DNA of 64,000 bases from Sedimentisphaerales bacterium (GTDB lineage Bacteria > Planctomycetota > Phycisphaerae > Sedimentisphaerales > Anaerobacaceae), in assembly GCA_963708075.1 (NCBI GenBank), contig OY970194.1, forward strand, positions 6,688,001 through 6,752,000, given 5' to 3'. This document shows, in pieces, positions 54,943 through 64,000 of the stretch. A model generated the notes under the pieces. It was not told where the DNA came from. It made no database searches and saw only the letters and a program-made list of their open reading frames with translations. Numbering within the stretch: the stretch's first letter is position 1; the number at the start of each line of letters is the position of its first letter. The translations under genes were made by a program, and so were the position numbers.

Positions 54943-54997
54943 GACGCATACCGATCAACTCCGAGTGAGGATGCGTGAAGAGAAAGGGAGGTGCAAC

Positions 54998-55405
54998 ATG
55001 AAATCGCCTCAGTCTTGTAAGGCTAGTTTTGCGGCCATCGCCGTCTTGGGCCTTGCCGGTATTGTGGTCGCTGCAGGGGATACCTGGACGTACAAAGCCA
55101 TTATGCCCACGGCGCGAGGTTTCGTGTCCGGCTGTGTCCTGGATGGAAAACTCTACGTCATCGGAGGGTTCCCGAGTCATTACTCGGTGACGGCCGCGGT
55201 AGAGATGTATGATCCCGCTACCGATGCATGGACCAGGAGGGCTGACATGCCAGCAGCGCGGTGCGGTCATGCCACCTGAGCTTGGGACGACAAGGTGTAT
55301 GTGTTCGGGGGAACGAGTCCGGACCCATACGATACGGTGCGGCCGAGAAGAACGTTTACGCGTATGACCCACACACCGACATTTGGACACAGAAAGCTGA
55401 TCTGC
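54998..55405 (+). pseudogene. Truncated secreted Kelch-repeat gene
   Basis: Signal peptide, DTWTYKAIMPTAR, GKLYVIGG, YDPATDAW; in-frame TGA at 55277; continues WDDKVYVFGG and YDPHTDIWTQKAD, then breaks off. Confidence 0.75.
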
Positions 55406-55419
55406 ACCTGCATGTGTGT

Positions 55420-55670
55420 CTAAGGGTAGATAAACTGTCTGACAAAACCATCGGGCTACGGTCGCTATCTTCCTCGTGGTGCTGGCGCGGCCGTTCGGCC
55501 AAGCAAGCCACTGCGGCACTCGATGCGCTTGTCACTTTGCGTGGCTCAATTGCCCACGGTGTTTCAGTCGCCAATAGTGTTACGCTCTCAGATGTTAAAG
55601 ATGCCCGCAACTTCATCAGGCGATTGGCGACGAAGACTCACAACCGCGTATGCAGTTACCTTCAACCGGC
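55420..55670 (+). pseudogene. C-terminal fragment of a HEPN-like gene
   Basis: IGLRSLSSSWCW...LDALVTLRGSIAHG...VTLSDVKDARNFIRRL (Rx4H motif). Confidence 0.55.
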
Positions 55671-55767
55671 ATTGTCCTTCGGATGTCACGCCGCAACAAT
55701 ACCTTCACATTCTGATGGGACCGTGGATGGGCGATCCCTGTCGTGCTAAGACAGAACCAGTCGGCCG

Positions 55768-58700
55768 TCACTCCGTGTGCCATGCGGCCGCCCAATGCCA
55801 ATTCTTACTGAGGATGGCAAGGTCCACGGCATCGATGCGGCCGTTGTGGTTCGCGTCGCCATTGGGCTTTCCCTCGGAATCACTGCCGCTGCCGAGCCAT
55901 TGCTCGGAAAGCACCATCAGATCGTCGAAATCGACACTGCCATCGTCGGTGATGTCTCCCCTCTTGCTCACATGGACCAGACACAAGCTCGTGTTGTTGT
56001 GCTCGTCCGACTCGGTGATTGAGTTGCCTCCATCGGCCACCACATACAAGACGGCGTCAGGATCGTTGAAGTCCACGGCCGAGATGTCCCAGTCAAAACT
56101 CACCTCTTGGGAGGAATTGGCGTCGATCACAGGGATGGTGAAGCTCTTCAGCGCTTGGCCATCGAGGGAATCCCTGCGGATGGTCGCGCCCACATTCTGA
56201 GCAGCCACTACCCCTGCATTCGCGATCGTCGCCGTGATGCTGCGGGCCTTGTATCCGATCTTCTCCACGGAGACAGACTTCACGATGAGGTCCGGGGCCA
56301 TCAGCGAGATGTGGGCGATGTTGTTGGTCTGATTCCGTTCCTCCAAGCCGATCTGGGAATTCGTCGCGACGGAGGCCGTTACGTAGATCTGCTGTGGGCT
56401 GTTGACCTTTGGAATCGTCCAGGAGACCGTGACCGTAGCCGTGCCCCCGGCGGGGATGGGTCCTGCGATGGTTTGGAAACCGCCGATTCGCACGCCGCCC
56501 TCGTGTGGGTTGCCGTGATAGAACGCCACGGGCACGTTGGCTTCCGCCACATCTCCCAGGTTATGAATAACGGCGGCGATCTGGATCTTGCTGCCGGGCT
56601 TTGGATTGGCCGGGCTCACAGAGATGTCCTCTGCCGCCACGGCCAGATCCCTGCCGAGTCCATGGCGCAGCACGCACAGATCCGTCTGGTATATCTCCGG
56701 CACTCCCTTGGCGTGGCTCCTGATCCTGTCCTTGTTGTAGGCCAAGGCCAACTCATCAGAGTCCACGTACGTGACAGCGAGGGCTTTCTCCACATCGCTG
56801 TCCGACGTCAGCGGATAGGCACTGCTCCAGACACCGAACGCCGGATCATACGTGGCGGTGAAGACATCCGTGCCCTTCGACGCGGTCGAGAAGCTGGTCC
56901 AGACCAGCGAGACTCTCCCCGTCGGGCCCTTGGCCAAGCGGAAGTCCCTGGCACCCACGCCCGTGATTTGCACGATGTGCTGGGGCATACTCGTATCCAA
57001 GCCACGACAACTAACGATGCTCCCGTCCCTGTACCAGACCAGCAGCGGCTCACCTTGATCGAACACGACCTGCGGATTGACATCGGGAACCTTGTCGTTG
57101 GTCAGTCGCAGTGGCTTGGACCATTGGGTGCCCTCATAGACCAGGGCATAGAGTTCCTTGTCCTCGTCTGTCCCCGTGTCCCAGTCGGCGTCTGCGGCAT
57201 AGACGTACACCGCCTTCGTGCCGTCGTAGGCCAGTGTGGGGCGCAGCAAAGACCCGATTCCCGTGCCGGCGACGCTCGGCTTGGACCAAGTCCTGCCATT
57301 CCAGAAGCAATACCGGATCGTATTGGGGGCGTTGGGGTCCTGGCCGAAGATATCATCCTTTTCATTGGAGACCCACGTGACCAGAGCTGTATTGTTGGTC
57401 GCCGCTGCGATCTGCGGCATATAATCCAGATGGGAGTCGTTGGTCAGCGCCGTTGTCCTCCACAGTCCTGTGGCGCTGTCATACGAGGCCACGGCAATAT
57501 CCATCGCGGCGGCCATGCCTGCCAGATCCACACTGTCAGGCAACGACCGGTTCACATTTTGCCAGGCACAGAGAACCTTTCCCGCCGGCAGCACGGCCAG
57601 TTGGGGCGAGAAGTCCGCTGTCCCGTCGTCGTGGATCGCGACAGGCGGGGTCCAAGTACCCTCATGAGACGTGCTAAATACGACCTGCGTGCAGTTGACG
57701 CTGGAGCGGGCGGGGTTGTCGTAGACCCAGGCCAGCAGCAATTCGCCCTTGTCGGCTGCGACAGCGGGTTCCGAATACTCAAAGACCTTCGTTTGTAGCA
57801 CCTGTTCCGCTCCACCTTCACCTTGTGCGCCGGTGGTGGCCGAGAGGACAGTCAGATCGGCCGTACCCCCCTGATGGTCGGTCGTGGGCGGCAGCCACAC
57901 GCCGTAGTCAGGCCCGAGGTAGTCACGCCCCATCAACTTCCATCCTTCACTACCTACGTCCAGGGGGACTTGGCCTGTAGCAGATGCGATGGAGAGGCTT
58001 TGCTGGGCTTGACTGCTCAGCGATCTGTCGTACGGGCAATACTCCCAGGGGCCGAAGGTTTTGGACGCGTCCCAACGCCAAATGTGTGCCGACACCTCCA
58101 CACGGAAGTCGAGGCAGAACTCCAGAAGCTCATGGCCAGGTTCGGTCCACTCGATGTTGAGTCCAGCACCTTTGGCTTCTACCTCGAGGCCGGCCACATA
58201 TGCATCCGCCACCCCCTCAGCCCAAGCCGGGATCCAAAGGGACACCGTGCCAGCCCAAGCCAGAGTATTCCCCTGTGCCTCCGGGAGGAGAATGTTAGCC
58301 ATGTGAGACTCCACCCCCACCGTGAGCGACAAACCAATTCCCTCCAGCGAGTAACCCCAACTCCAGATAGGCACCCGAGTGTCATTCCAGAAGCGTTGTT
58401 GGCCAGACGTAACCCAGGAGTTCCCGTCGAAATAGAAATTGGCGTAGCCAGTCAGGCCGAATTCCAGGTCCACGCCCGCGACCCACAAGACGCAACGATC
58501 TACAAGACCAATCTCAGCAGGTGCATCGACAATCATCGTGAGTATGCCTACGCCTTGCGAGTTCACCGTTAGCTTGTCTACACCCTGGACTTTGGTCGTG
58601 ACATCATTCCCGCCGAACATCGGAACGGCATTGGGAATGCTGAGTCCATAGTAGAGGCTCATATCCGCGTCTAGAACCTGTACGAGATATGGCCCGGAAT

Positions 58701-61700
58701 CATACACCAGGCTCGCTACCTCGTCGCCTCCGTACGGAGACACTACGGGTCTTAGCACCATGCCCGAGGGCATCGGTGGCTGCGGGATGACCGTGAAGTT
58801 GGCGGCCACCCAGAGCGATTCCTTGCCGTCCGGCCCGCTGGAGGTCGCCCTCACCTGGAGCTTGCCGCCTGCGCCAAACTCCGTACCCACGTCGAAGGAG
58901 CGGGATACCTTGGTCTGGCGTGCTGAACATGTCTCCTCGTACGTTTTCCTCGGCGTTCGCCACTGGACCTTGCCTGGCACGAGTCCGTTCCAGTTGATCC
59001 TGACTGTGATCTGTTCAGTCAGGGAGATCCCATCCAGGAAGTAGACGCCCTTCTTGATACGAGTGAAATACGTGCCATAAAGATCCGTGATCACAGGGGC
59101 GGCGAGAGAGCGGAAGGTTACCTCATTGCCCCAGTCACTCTCGCCTGCGGAGTTCATCGCCTGTGCGGCCACGCGGTATTCTATGTTAGGAGTCAGCAAT
59201 CCAGATAAGACCTCGCTGAAATTGGGAAGGGTCTCCTGCACAGACCCTCTCCAGGAAGTGTACTTCTCGGGCCAGCCTAACTGGATAGGGCCGCTAACCC
59301 CACCAGAGACCGTATTCTCGCTGGCCTCATGGATCGAAGGGACTCCGTCAGAGGAGTCTTGTTCGCGGGCGACCGACTGGATGGACGTGCTGGGGAGCAG
59401 AGGAATCAGGGGCTCAATCGTCCATCGATATCTGAACCGATACTGGCACGGCTCGTTACCATCGTCCACGATCTTGCCGGCCAACGTGGCGCTCATCGCC
59501 TCTATGTTAGTCACATCCAGGGTGGATACCGTGGGCTTCTCAATGGCCAGGGTGGTGAAACTCAGATCACTCCCCCAGGCCCCTTCACAGCCCGCATTCC
59601 TAGCCTGTGCGGCAAAGAAGTACTTCGTGCCCTGATTCAATCCCGATATGGTCTGGCTACAGGTCTCGCCAGTCCGCTTGGAGCCGGTCCAGGGGGTTTC
59701 GGTATACGCCCCACCTTCCTTCTTGTATCGGAACCGATACTCACACACCGCGCCCCCATCGTCGGTGAGCTTACCATTGAGCGTAGCCGTGGCCACTTTG
59801 ACGGGCGTGGCCGCTTGGGTCGTGACGACTGGTGCTCTAAACGTCGTGAATGTCAACTCAGTGCCCCAGAGGGTTTCGCAGGTGGAGTTCCTGGCCTTGG
59901 CGGCGAAGTAATACTTGGTCCCCGGACTCAATCCCGTCAGCGCGTAGCTGAAGGACTCATTGGTTCGCATGGCGCCAGTCCAGGTCGTTTCGATGTAGGT
60001 TCCGCCCTCTTTCTTGTACCGGAACTTGTACTGACACGCCTCGCCGCCGTCGTCGGCGATCCTGCCGTTCAGGGTGGCGGTGGTACATTTGACATCGGTA
60101 GCGGCCCGCGTCTCCGCTCGCAGGATTGTCATGAAGCTTAGCTCGATACCCCAATCGCTTTGGCAACTGGAATTCTTGACCTGGGCGGCAAAGTAGTATC
60201 GGGTCCCCGGATCCAAGCCGGTGATCGCCTGGCTGAAGGTCTGGCCGGCCGTCTTGGAGCCCGTCCAGGCGGTTTCGGTGTAGGTTCCACCCTCCTTCTT
60301 GTACCGGAACTTGTACTGGCACGCCACGCCCCCATCGGCGGTGACCTTGCCGTTAAGCGTGGCCGAACTGCACTTGATAGCTGTGGCCGCCTGCGTATCG
60401 GCCTGGATTCGCACCGTCGTGAAGCTCAGCTCGGTGCCCCAGGCGCTTTCGCACGTAGAGTTCTTGGCCTGAGCGGCAAAGTAGTACGCAGTCCCCGGGC
60501 TCAATCCCGTCAGCGCCTGGCTGAAGGACTCATTGGTCCGCTTGGAGCCGCTGTAGTTGGTATAGGTATAGGACCCGCTCGCTGTCTTATACCGGAACCG
60601 GTACTGGCATGCCTGGCCTCCATCATCCACGATCTTGCCATTCAGTGTAGCCGAGCTGCATTTGATGGTTGTGGCCGCCTGGGTCTCCACCGTGACCCCA
60701 GCCGTCGTGAAACTCAGCTCGTTGCCCCAGGCGCTTTCCCCAGCAGAGTTCTTGGCCTGGGCAGCAAAGTAATACTTGGTCCCCGAGCTCAAACCCGTCA
60801 GCGTCTGGCTGAAGGATTCACTGGTTCGCTTGGAGCCAGTATAGCTGGTGTAGACGTAGGATCCGCCCTCCATCTTGTACCGGAACCGATACTGACATGC
60901 CTCACCCCCATCATCGACAATCTTGCCGTTGACTGTGGCCGAGGCACACTGGACGCCTGTGGCCACCTCCGTCGTCACAGATGGGATGTGAATCGAGGGG
61001 ATAGCATATTGGATAACGAGTTTCAGACGTGTCAGGCAGCCGTAATTGGAGCCGCTTACCGTGTCGTTCACACGGAAGTACCAGTTCTGGTTGACCGGCT
61101 GGCCGTTGAAAGCGTTTGTCACGTGGCCTGAAGCCGCGCTTCCCAACGCTATATCGTTATCGTTTTCCGCGTCATCGTCCAGATTCTGATCCGTGTCTCC
61201 CCCCAAGTTGTCCCACGCAAGCAAGTAGTTCCCTGTCCCGCCACGCGTCGCAGAGGAAAGACCTATCTCATAGTCACTGCACCGGAAAGGTGAGGGGCCC
61301 CCAACTTCACGCACTACAGGGCGGACCTCGATCACGTACGAGAATCCTGTTACAGAGGCTCCGGCCGGCGCGCGGGTGACCGACCATGATTGGGCCACTT
61401 GGCCCGGGTTCTGGATAGGCATTTCCGGGCCCCCAACAAGACCACCACCGTACCAACTCTCATCCACAACCACAATCTCGCCAGCCTGGTCCGTCCCTGA
61501 TGTCTCCGCCGTGACGTCGTCCACGTAGAAGGTGCCGGCACCATCGTTCCACTGTGCAAAACTGATATGGGTGACGCTGTCTTTCGGGTTTCTTGCGGGC
61601 CATGCGGCTGCGACTTTGTTGTTATCCACATACACATCGTACGCGTCAGCGGCAAGGTCCAGATCTACTCTGATGGTGTACCATTGTTTGAGGGACAGGT

Positions 61701-62256
61701 TCGTTGCTATGGGGGTCAGCGTCGTACTGCCTCTCTCCATCGCGACCAAATCCATCGTGCCACTTGTGCCGCCGCCATCCTTATGGAAGGCCATATAGAC
61801 GAATCGCTCACTGTCGTTCGCGTTCGGTCCTCTGCTACTGGGGTTTGAATCGTCTCCGATCAGCATCCAGCCGGCACAGTCGGGATGGCCGGAGATATTG
61901 AGTATGGAATCCACGTAAATACGCCACTGCACCGAAAAACGCCCCGTTTGCGCGGAGCTGAATTCCTGCGTCAAATAGGCATTGCCGCCGGTGGCGGCAG
62001 TGCTTCCGGTCAGTTTGGCCTTCTTCGTAGCGTTACCGCCTACAGAAGCAGTGTCGAGGGTGAGAAGAGTTGGGCCAGCCGTGCCATCCTGGCGGCTTTC
62101 ATACCAGTCCTGACCCGCTGAATTCGTTCGCAGGGCTGTACTGTCAGAACTGGCGTTGAAGTCCGAATCGACAAGCAACTGGGCGGAAGCGAGTTGGCTG
62201 CCGCCAAACACGGTGAGCACGAAACCCAACAGAGCTGCCACTCGCATCGTCTTCAT
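55768..62256 (-). CDS. 2162-aa secreted protein: six FN3-like repeats, propeller-like region, two CARDB-like domains, dockerin-like C-terminus
   Basis: Signal MKTMRVAALLGF...ASA; repeats ATLNGK..DDGG.ACQYRFRY...LTGL..GTKYYFAAQAKNS...WG.ELSFTT; IHNLG..A.NVPVAFY; ESDEHNN; GDITDDGSVDFDDL...GDANHNGRIDAVDL. Confidence 0.88.
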   Translation of the reverse strand: MKTMRVAALLGFVLTVFGGSQLASAQLLVDSDFNASSDSTALRTNSAGQDWYESRQDGTAGPTLLTLDTASVGGNATKKAKLTGSTAATGGNAYLTQEFSSAQTGRFSVQWRIYVDSILNISGHPDCAGWMLIGDDSNPSSRGPNANDSERFVYMAFHKDGGGTSGTMDLVAMERGSTTLTPIATNLSLKQWYTIRVDLDLAADAYDVYVDNNKVAAAWPARNPKDSVTHISFAQWNDGAGTFYVDDVTAETSGTDQAGEIVVVDESWYGGGLVGGPEMPIQNPGQVAQSWSVTRAPAGASVTGFSYVIEVRPVVREVGGPSPFRCSDYEIGLSSATRGGTGNYLLAWDNLGGDTDQNLDDDAENDNDIALGSAASGHVTNAFNGQPVNQNWYFRVNDTVSGSNYGCLTRLKLVIQYAIPSIHIPSVTTEVATGVQCASATVNGKIVDDGGEACQYRFRYKMEGGSYVYTSYTGSKRTSESFSQTLTGLSSGTKYYFAAQAKNSAGESAWGNELSFTTAGVTVETQAATTIKCSSATLNGKIVDDGGQACQYRFRYKTASGSYTYTNYSGSKRTNESFSQALTGLSPGTAYYFAAQAKNSTCESAWGTELSFTTVRIQADTQAATAIKCSSATLNGKVTADGGVACQYKFRYKKEGGTYTETAWTGSKTAGQTFSQAITGLDPGTRYYFAAQVKNSSCQSDWGIELSFMTILRAETRAATDVKCTTATLNGRIADDGGEACQYKFRYKKEGGTYIETTWTGAMRTNESFSYALTGLSPGTKYYFAAKARNSTCETLWGTELTFTTFRAPVVTTQAATPVKVATATLNGKLTDDGGAVCEYRFRYKKEGGAYTETPWTGSKRTGETCSQTISGLNQGTKYFFAAQARNAGCEGAWGSDLSFTTLAIEKPTVSTLDVTNIEAMSATLAGKIVDDGNEPCQYRFRYRWTIEPLIPLLPSTSIQSVAREQDSSDGVPSIHEASENTVSGGVSGPIQLGWPEKYTSWRGSVQETLPNFSEVLSGLLTPNIEYRVAAQAMNSAGESDWGNEVTFRSLAAPVITDLYGTYFTRIKKGVYFLDGISLTEQITVRINWNGLVPGKVQWRTPRKTYEETCSARQTKVSRSFDVGTEFGAGGKLQVRATSSGPDGKESLWVAANFTVIPQPPMPSGMVLRPVVSPYGGDEVASLVYDSGPYLVQVLDADMSLYYGLSIPNAVPMFGGNDVTTKVQGVDKLTVNSQGVGILTMIVDAPAEIGLVDRCVLWVAGVDLEFGLTGYANFYFDGNSWVTSGQQRFWNDTRVPIWSWGYSLEGIGLSLTVGVESHMANILLPEAQGNTLAWAGTVSLWIPAWAEGVADAYVAGLEVEAKGAGLNIEWTEPGHELLEFCLDFRVEVSAHIWRWDASKTFGPWEYCPYDRSLSSQAQQSLSIASATGQVPLDVGSEGWKLMGRDYLGPDYGVWLPPTTDHQGGTADLTVLSATTGAQGEGGAEQVLQTKVFEYSEPAVAADKGELLLAWVYDNPARSSVNCTQVVFSTSHEGTWTPPVAIHDDGTADFSPQLAVLPAGKVLCAWQNVNRSLPDSVDLAGMAAAMDIAVASYDSATGLWRTTALTNDSHLDYMPQIAAATNNTALVTWVSNEKDDIFGQDPNAPNTIRYCFWNGRTWSKPSVAGTGIGSLLRPTLAYDGTKAVYVYAADADWDTGTDEDKELYALVYEGTQWSKPLRLTNDKVPDVNPQVVFDQGEPLLVWYRDGSIVSCRGLDTSMPQHIVQITGVGARDFRLAKGPTGRVSLVWTSFSTASKGTDVFTATYDPAFGVWSSAYPLTSDSDVEKALAVTYVDSDELALAYNKDRIRSHAKGVPEIYQTDLCVLRHGLGRDLAVAAEDISVSPANPKPGSKIQIAAVIHNLGDVAEANVPVAFYHGNPHEGGVRIGGFQTIAGPIPAGGTATVTVSWTIPKVNSPQQIYVTASVATNSQIGLEERNQTNNIAHISLMAPDLIVKSVSVEKIGYKARSITATIANAGVVAAQNVGATIRRDSLDGQALKSFTIPVIDANSSQEVSFDWDISAVDFNDPDAVLYVVADGGNSITESDEHNNTSLCLVHVSKRGDITDDGSVDFDDLMVLSEQWLGSGSDSEGKPNGDANHNGRIDAVDLAILSKNWHWAAAWHTE
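59110..60980 (-). repeat. Intragenic tandem repeat, six units of about 280 bp
   Basis: Visible at DNA level (recurrent GTACCGGAAC, TTCTTGGCCT, GCCCCAGGC); the last unit has a ~50-aa insertion. Confidence 0.85.
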
Positions 62257-63176
62257 TTCTACCCCTCTCAGTTGTCTGCCACAGGTGCATTCCGGGTTCG
62301 TCTGCCTCGACTCCCTGCTGTTGTGCCTTTACGATTGACAGCCGCTACAGGTAGTGACATGCGAGAAGGTCACGAGGTCGTTGGCACGCGACCCATATGC
62401 TGTGCGCACGTCACTTTTGCACCCTTTGAACAAGGCCTCACTACGGGACTTCGGCGTGTGTCAGGGCGACATTGGCAGCATGTGCCGGTGCCGCCGCCTG
62501 CACATGAACCCACAGGAAGCTCGACGCCCTTAGCTGATATTTCCCATATAACCTCTGCCCGGCAACGGTGCCAATCTCCTAACATACAAATATACCGCCA
62601 TCCCCGGGGGAATTCACGTGCAAAATGCTTCCTTGCAAGACAATCGACGGGGAATAGAGACAAAATCGGCATTCAGAGCGCCCAGACAGGCGGTTTGTCC
62701 CCAGGTTAGCGATAGTCACAGCGGTGCCCCTTCCGCTTTCGTTGGGTTGTCGCCGCCTGCACCGGGTCATATCGGTGCCGCCCTCGGCGGAACGATCATC
62801 CAAGTCATATGGTCAATCCGCGAAGAAGAGGACTATGCCCAACTGTGGCGGAGGCCGGCTGAACACGTCGCGATGCGGCAATCTAACGGCCGCGACCTAC
62901 AGTTCACTCTGACGACGATGCAATGATCTCCAACAGTGCTTGACGCCGTTGGCGAGCCGCAGGCACGATGACCCAGGGAGACCGACACTGTGATGCGGGT
63001 ACTTCTTGTCACTGGATAGACTCGGGGACCAACCCAAGCCGTGAAGCGCGCAACAGGCGCGCCACAAGCGGATTCGTTTCGCCTTTGGCGCGGCTTCGGT
63101 TCTGCTTCGGCCAGCATCATAAGTCCTGTAATGACAATCATTAGTCGTTTTACTGCAAGCACTTACAGACCCGGGC

Positions 63177-63676
63177 AACGGACTGGTTGTCCGGTCGCCT
63201 TAGTCGGAGGCGCAACGGATCGGCCCCATGCATCGCTCATCAGGCGAGACACAGCCTGAAACCGCACATGGGCAACGGACGCAGAATCCGTTTCCCTCTT
63301 AAGCTCCATCGCCCGTAATCCTCTCTGCTCGGCTGCAGCCTCGTCGCTCGTCCGGGACGGCCATGGCCGCACACATCACCTTCCATCATCGACCATCCCT
63401 ATCAACTCATCGAGGATGTCCATCGTGCGACGGCAGAGTTCCCGACCCCGGTCGGCCCAGAGCCCTTCTCCCCAGTACCGATAGCAGCTGGTCTGGCTCA
63501 CGAGCAGATGGTAAAGAGCGTTGCGGTAGCGAGGATCGGATGAGGAGATACCGCGGCGCAGCACCCTCTCTCATACCTTGAGGCCGGGCCCCCAGCCTCG
63601 GCTACGCCTCCGTTACTCGTTGCACGGCAGACGAGGAGCCATTTTCCCGCAGGGGTGATCGGACAACCAGTCCGTT
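63177..63676. repeat. Inverted repeat pair (17-bp perfect core) about 470 bp apart
   Basis: AACGGACTGGTTGTCCG (63177-63193) and CGGACAACCAGTCCGTT (63660-63676), with weaker similarity extending over ~45 bp. Confidence 0.8.
63395..63566 (-). pseudogene. C-terminal fragment of a GH57-family-like gene
   Basis: DPRYRNALYHLLVSQTSCYRYWGEGLWADRGRELCRR with no upstream body. Confidence 0.6.
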
Positions 63677-64000
63677 TTCCGGACCGATAAATGTTGAAAG
63701 CCGCGTTTTTTGCGATTGACAGGGGGTTCCGGCGTGCCGGTTTCTGCCGAAATGGATGGGGGTGGAGACAAAATGGAGACATGATTCTCAGGACAGCCGC
63801 GGCGATTCTTGGCACCGCATCTGGGAACGTCTACTGGTACTGTGATTGCATCTTGCTCCGCTCAGACACGATCAATTCGAACGACGCCGGTTCGTACCCT
63901 GCCGATGTCAGCGTGGAGATCGAGTCAATTCTCTAATCTACCTCAGATCCGGTGGTCCTGGCGCACGATGAGGCGTTGGCCACCGTCGAGGCTGCGGCTC

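Noticed and set aside
47764..54945. Diversity-generating retroelement template/variable repeat pair
   Set aside because: Mismatches are mostly synonymous third-position changes rather than adenine-specific, and no reverse transcriptase is present.
59110..60980. CRISPR array
   Set aside because: Units are about 280 bp, in-frame protein repeats with no repeat-spacer structure and no cas genes.
62300..63100. Small ORFs or a riboswitch upstream of the 2162-aa gene
   Set aside because: No recognisable protein or RNA motif; interrupted frames suggest decayed DNA.
63691..64000. CDS at the right edge of the window
   Set aside because: Short, without motifs, and the context is cut by the window end.

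Overview
A GC-rich bacterial chromosomal segment, most likely Planctomycetota (Phycisphaerae/Sedimentisphaerales-like). This is inferred from the DUF1080, isochorismatase-ThuA, ECF sigma/Ser-Thr kinase-WD40 pair, PEP-CTERM, dockerin/LamG-tailed secreted proteins and DUF2617 gene. Many genes carry single-base frameshifts scattered across core and accessory genes, which looks like long-read/MAG consensus error, so several calls join ORF pieces. Housekeeping content: tRNA-Gly(TCC), proA, a four-gene 2-oxoacid:ferredoxin oxidoreductase operon, an SDR, an endonuclease III-like gene and a YifB/ComM ATPase. The main accessory content is: (i) an island after proA with an Apea-like HEPN gene facing a ~1350-aa KaiC/RecA-type ATPase fused to a signal-less solute-binding-protein-like module, next to an HNH-AP2 gene; (ii) an ECF sigma operon whose zinc-binding anti-sigma is fused to a DUF4139-like domain and is followed by three secreted DUF4139-like paralogues; (iii) a kinase-ECF-S8 peptidase cassette bracketed by a duplicated LamG-gene tail; (iv) at least four families of REP-like palindromes, some inserted in frame inside coding sequences; (v) an enrichment of D/E-P-N tripeptides in secreted proteins; (vi) an inverted repeat pair around a GH57 fragment. 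No CRISPR array, rRNA, transposase or reverse transcriptase was seen. All family names are from motif recognition by eye, not database searches.
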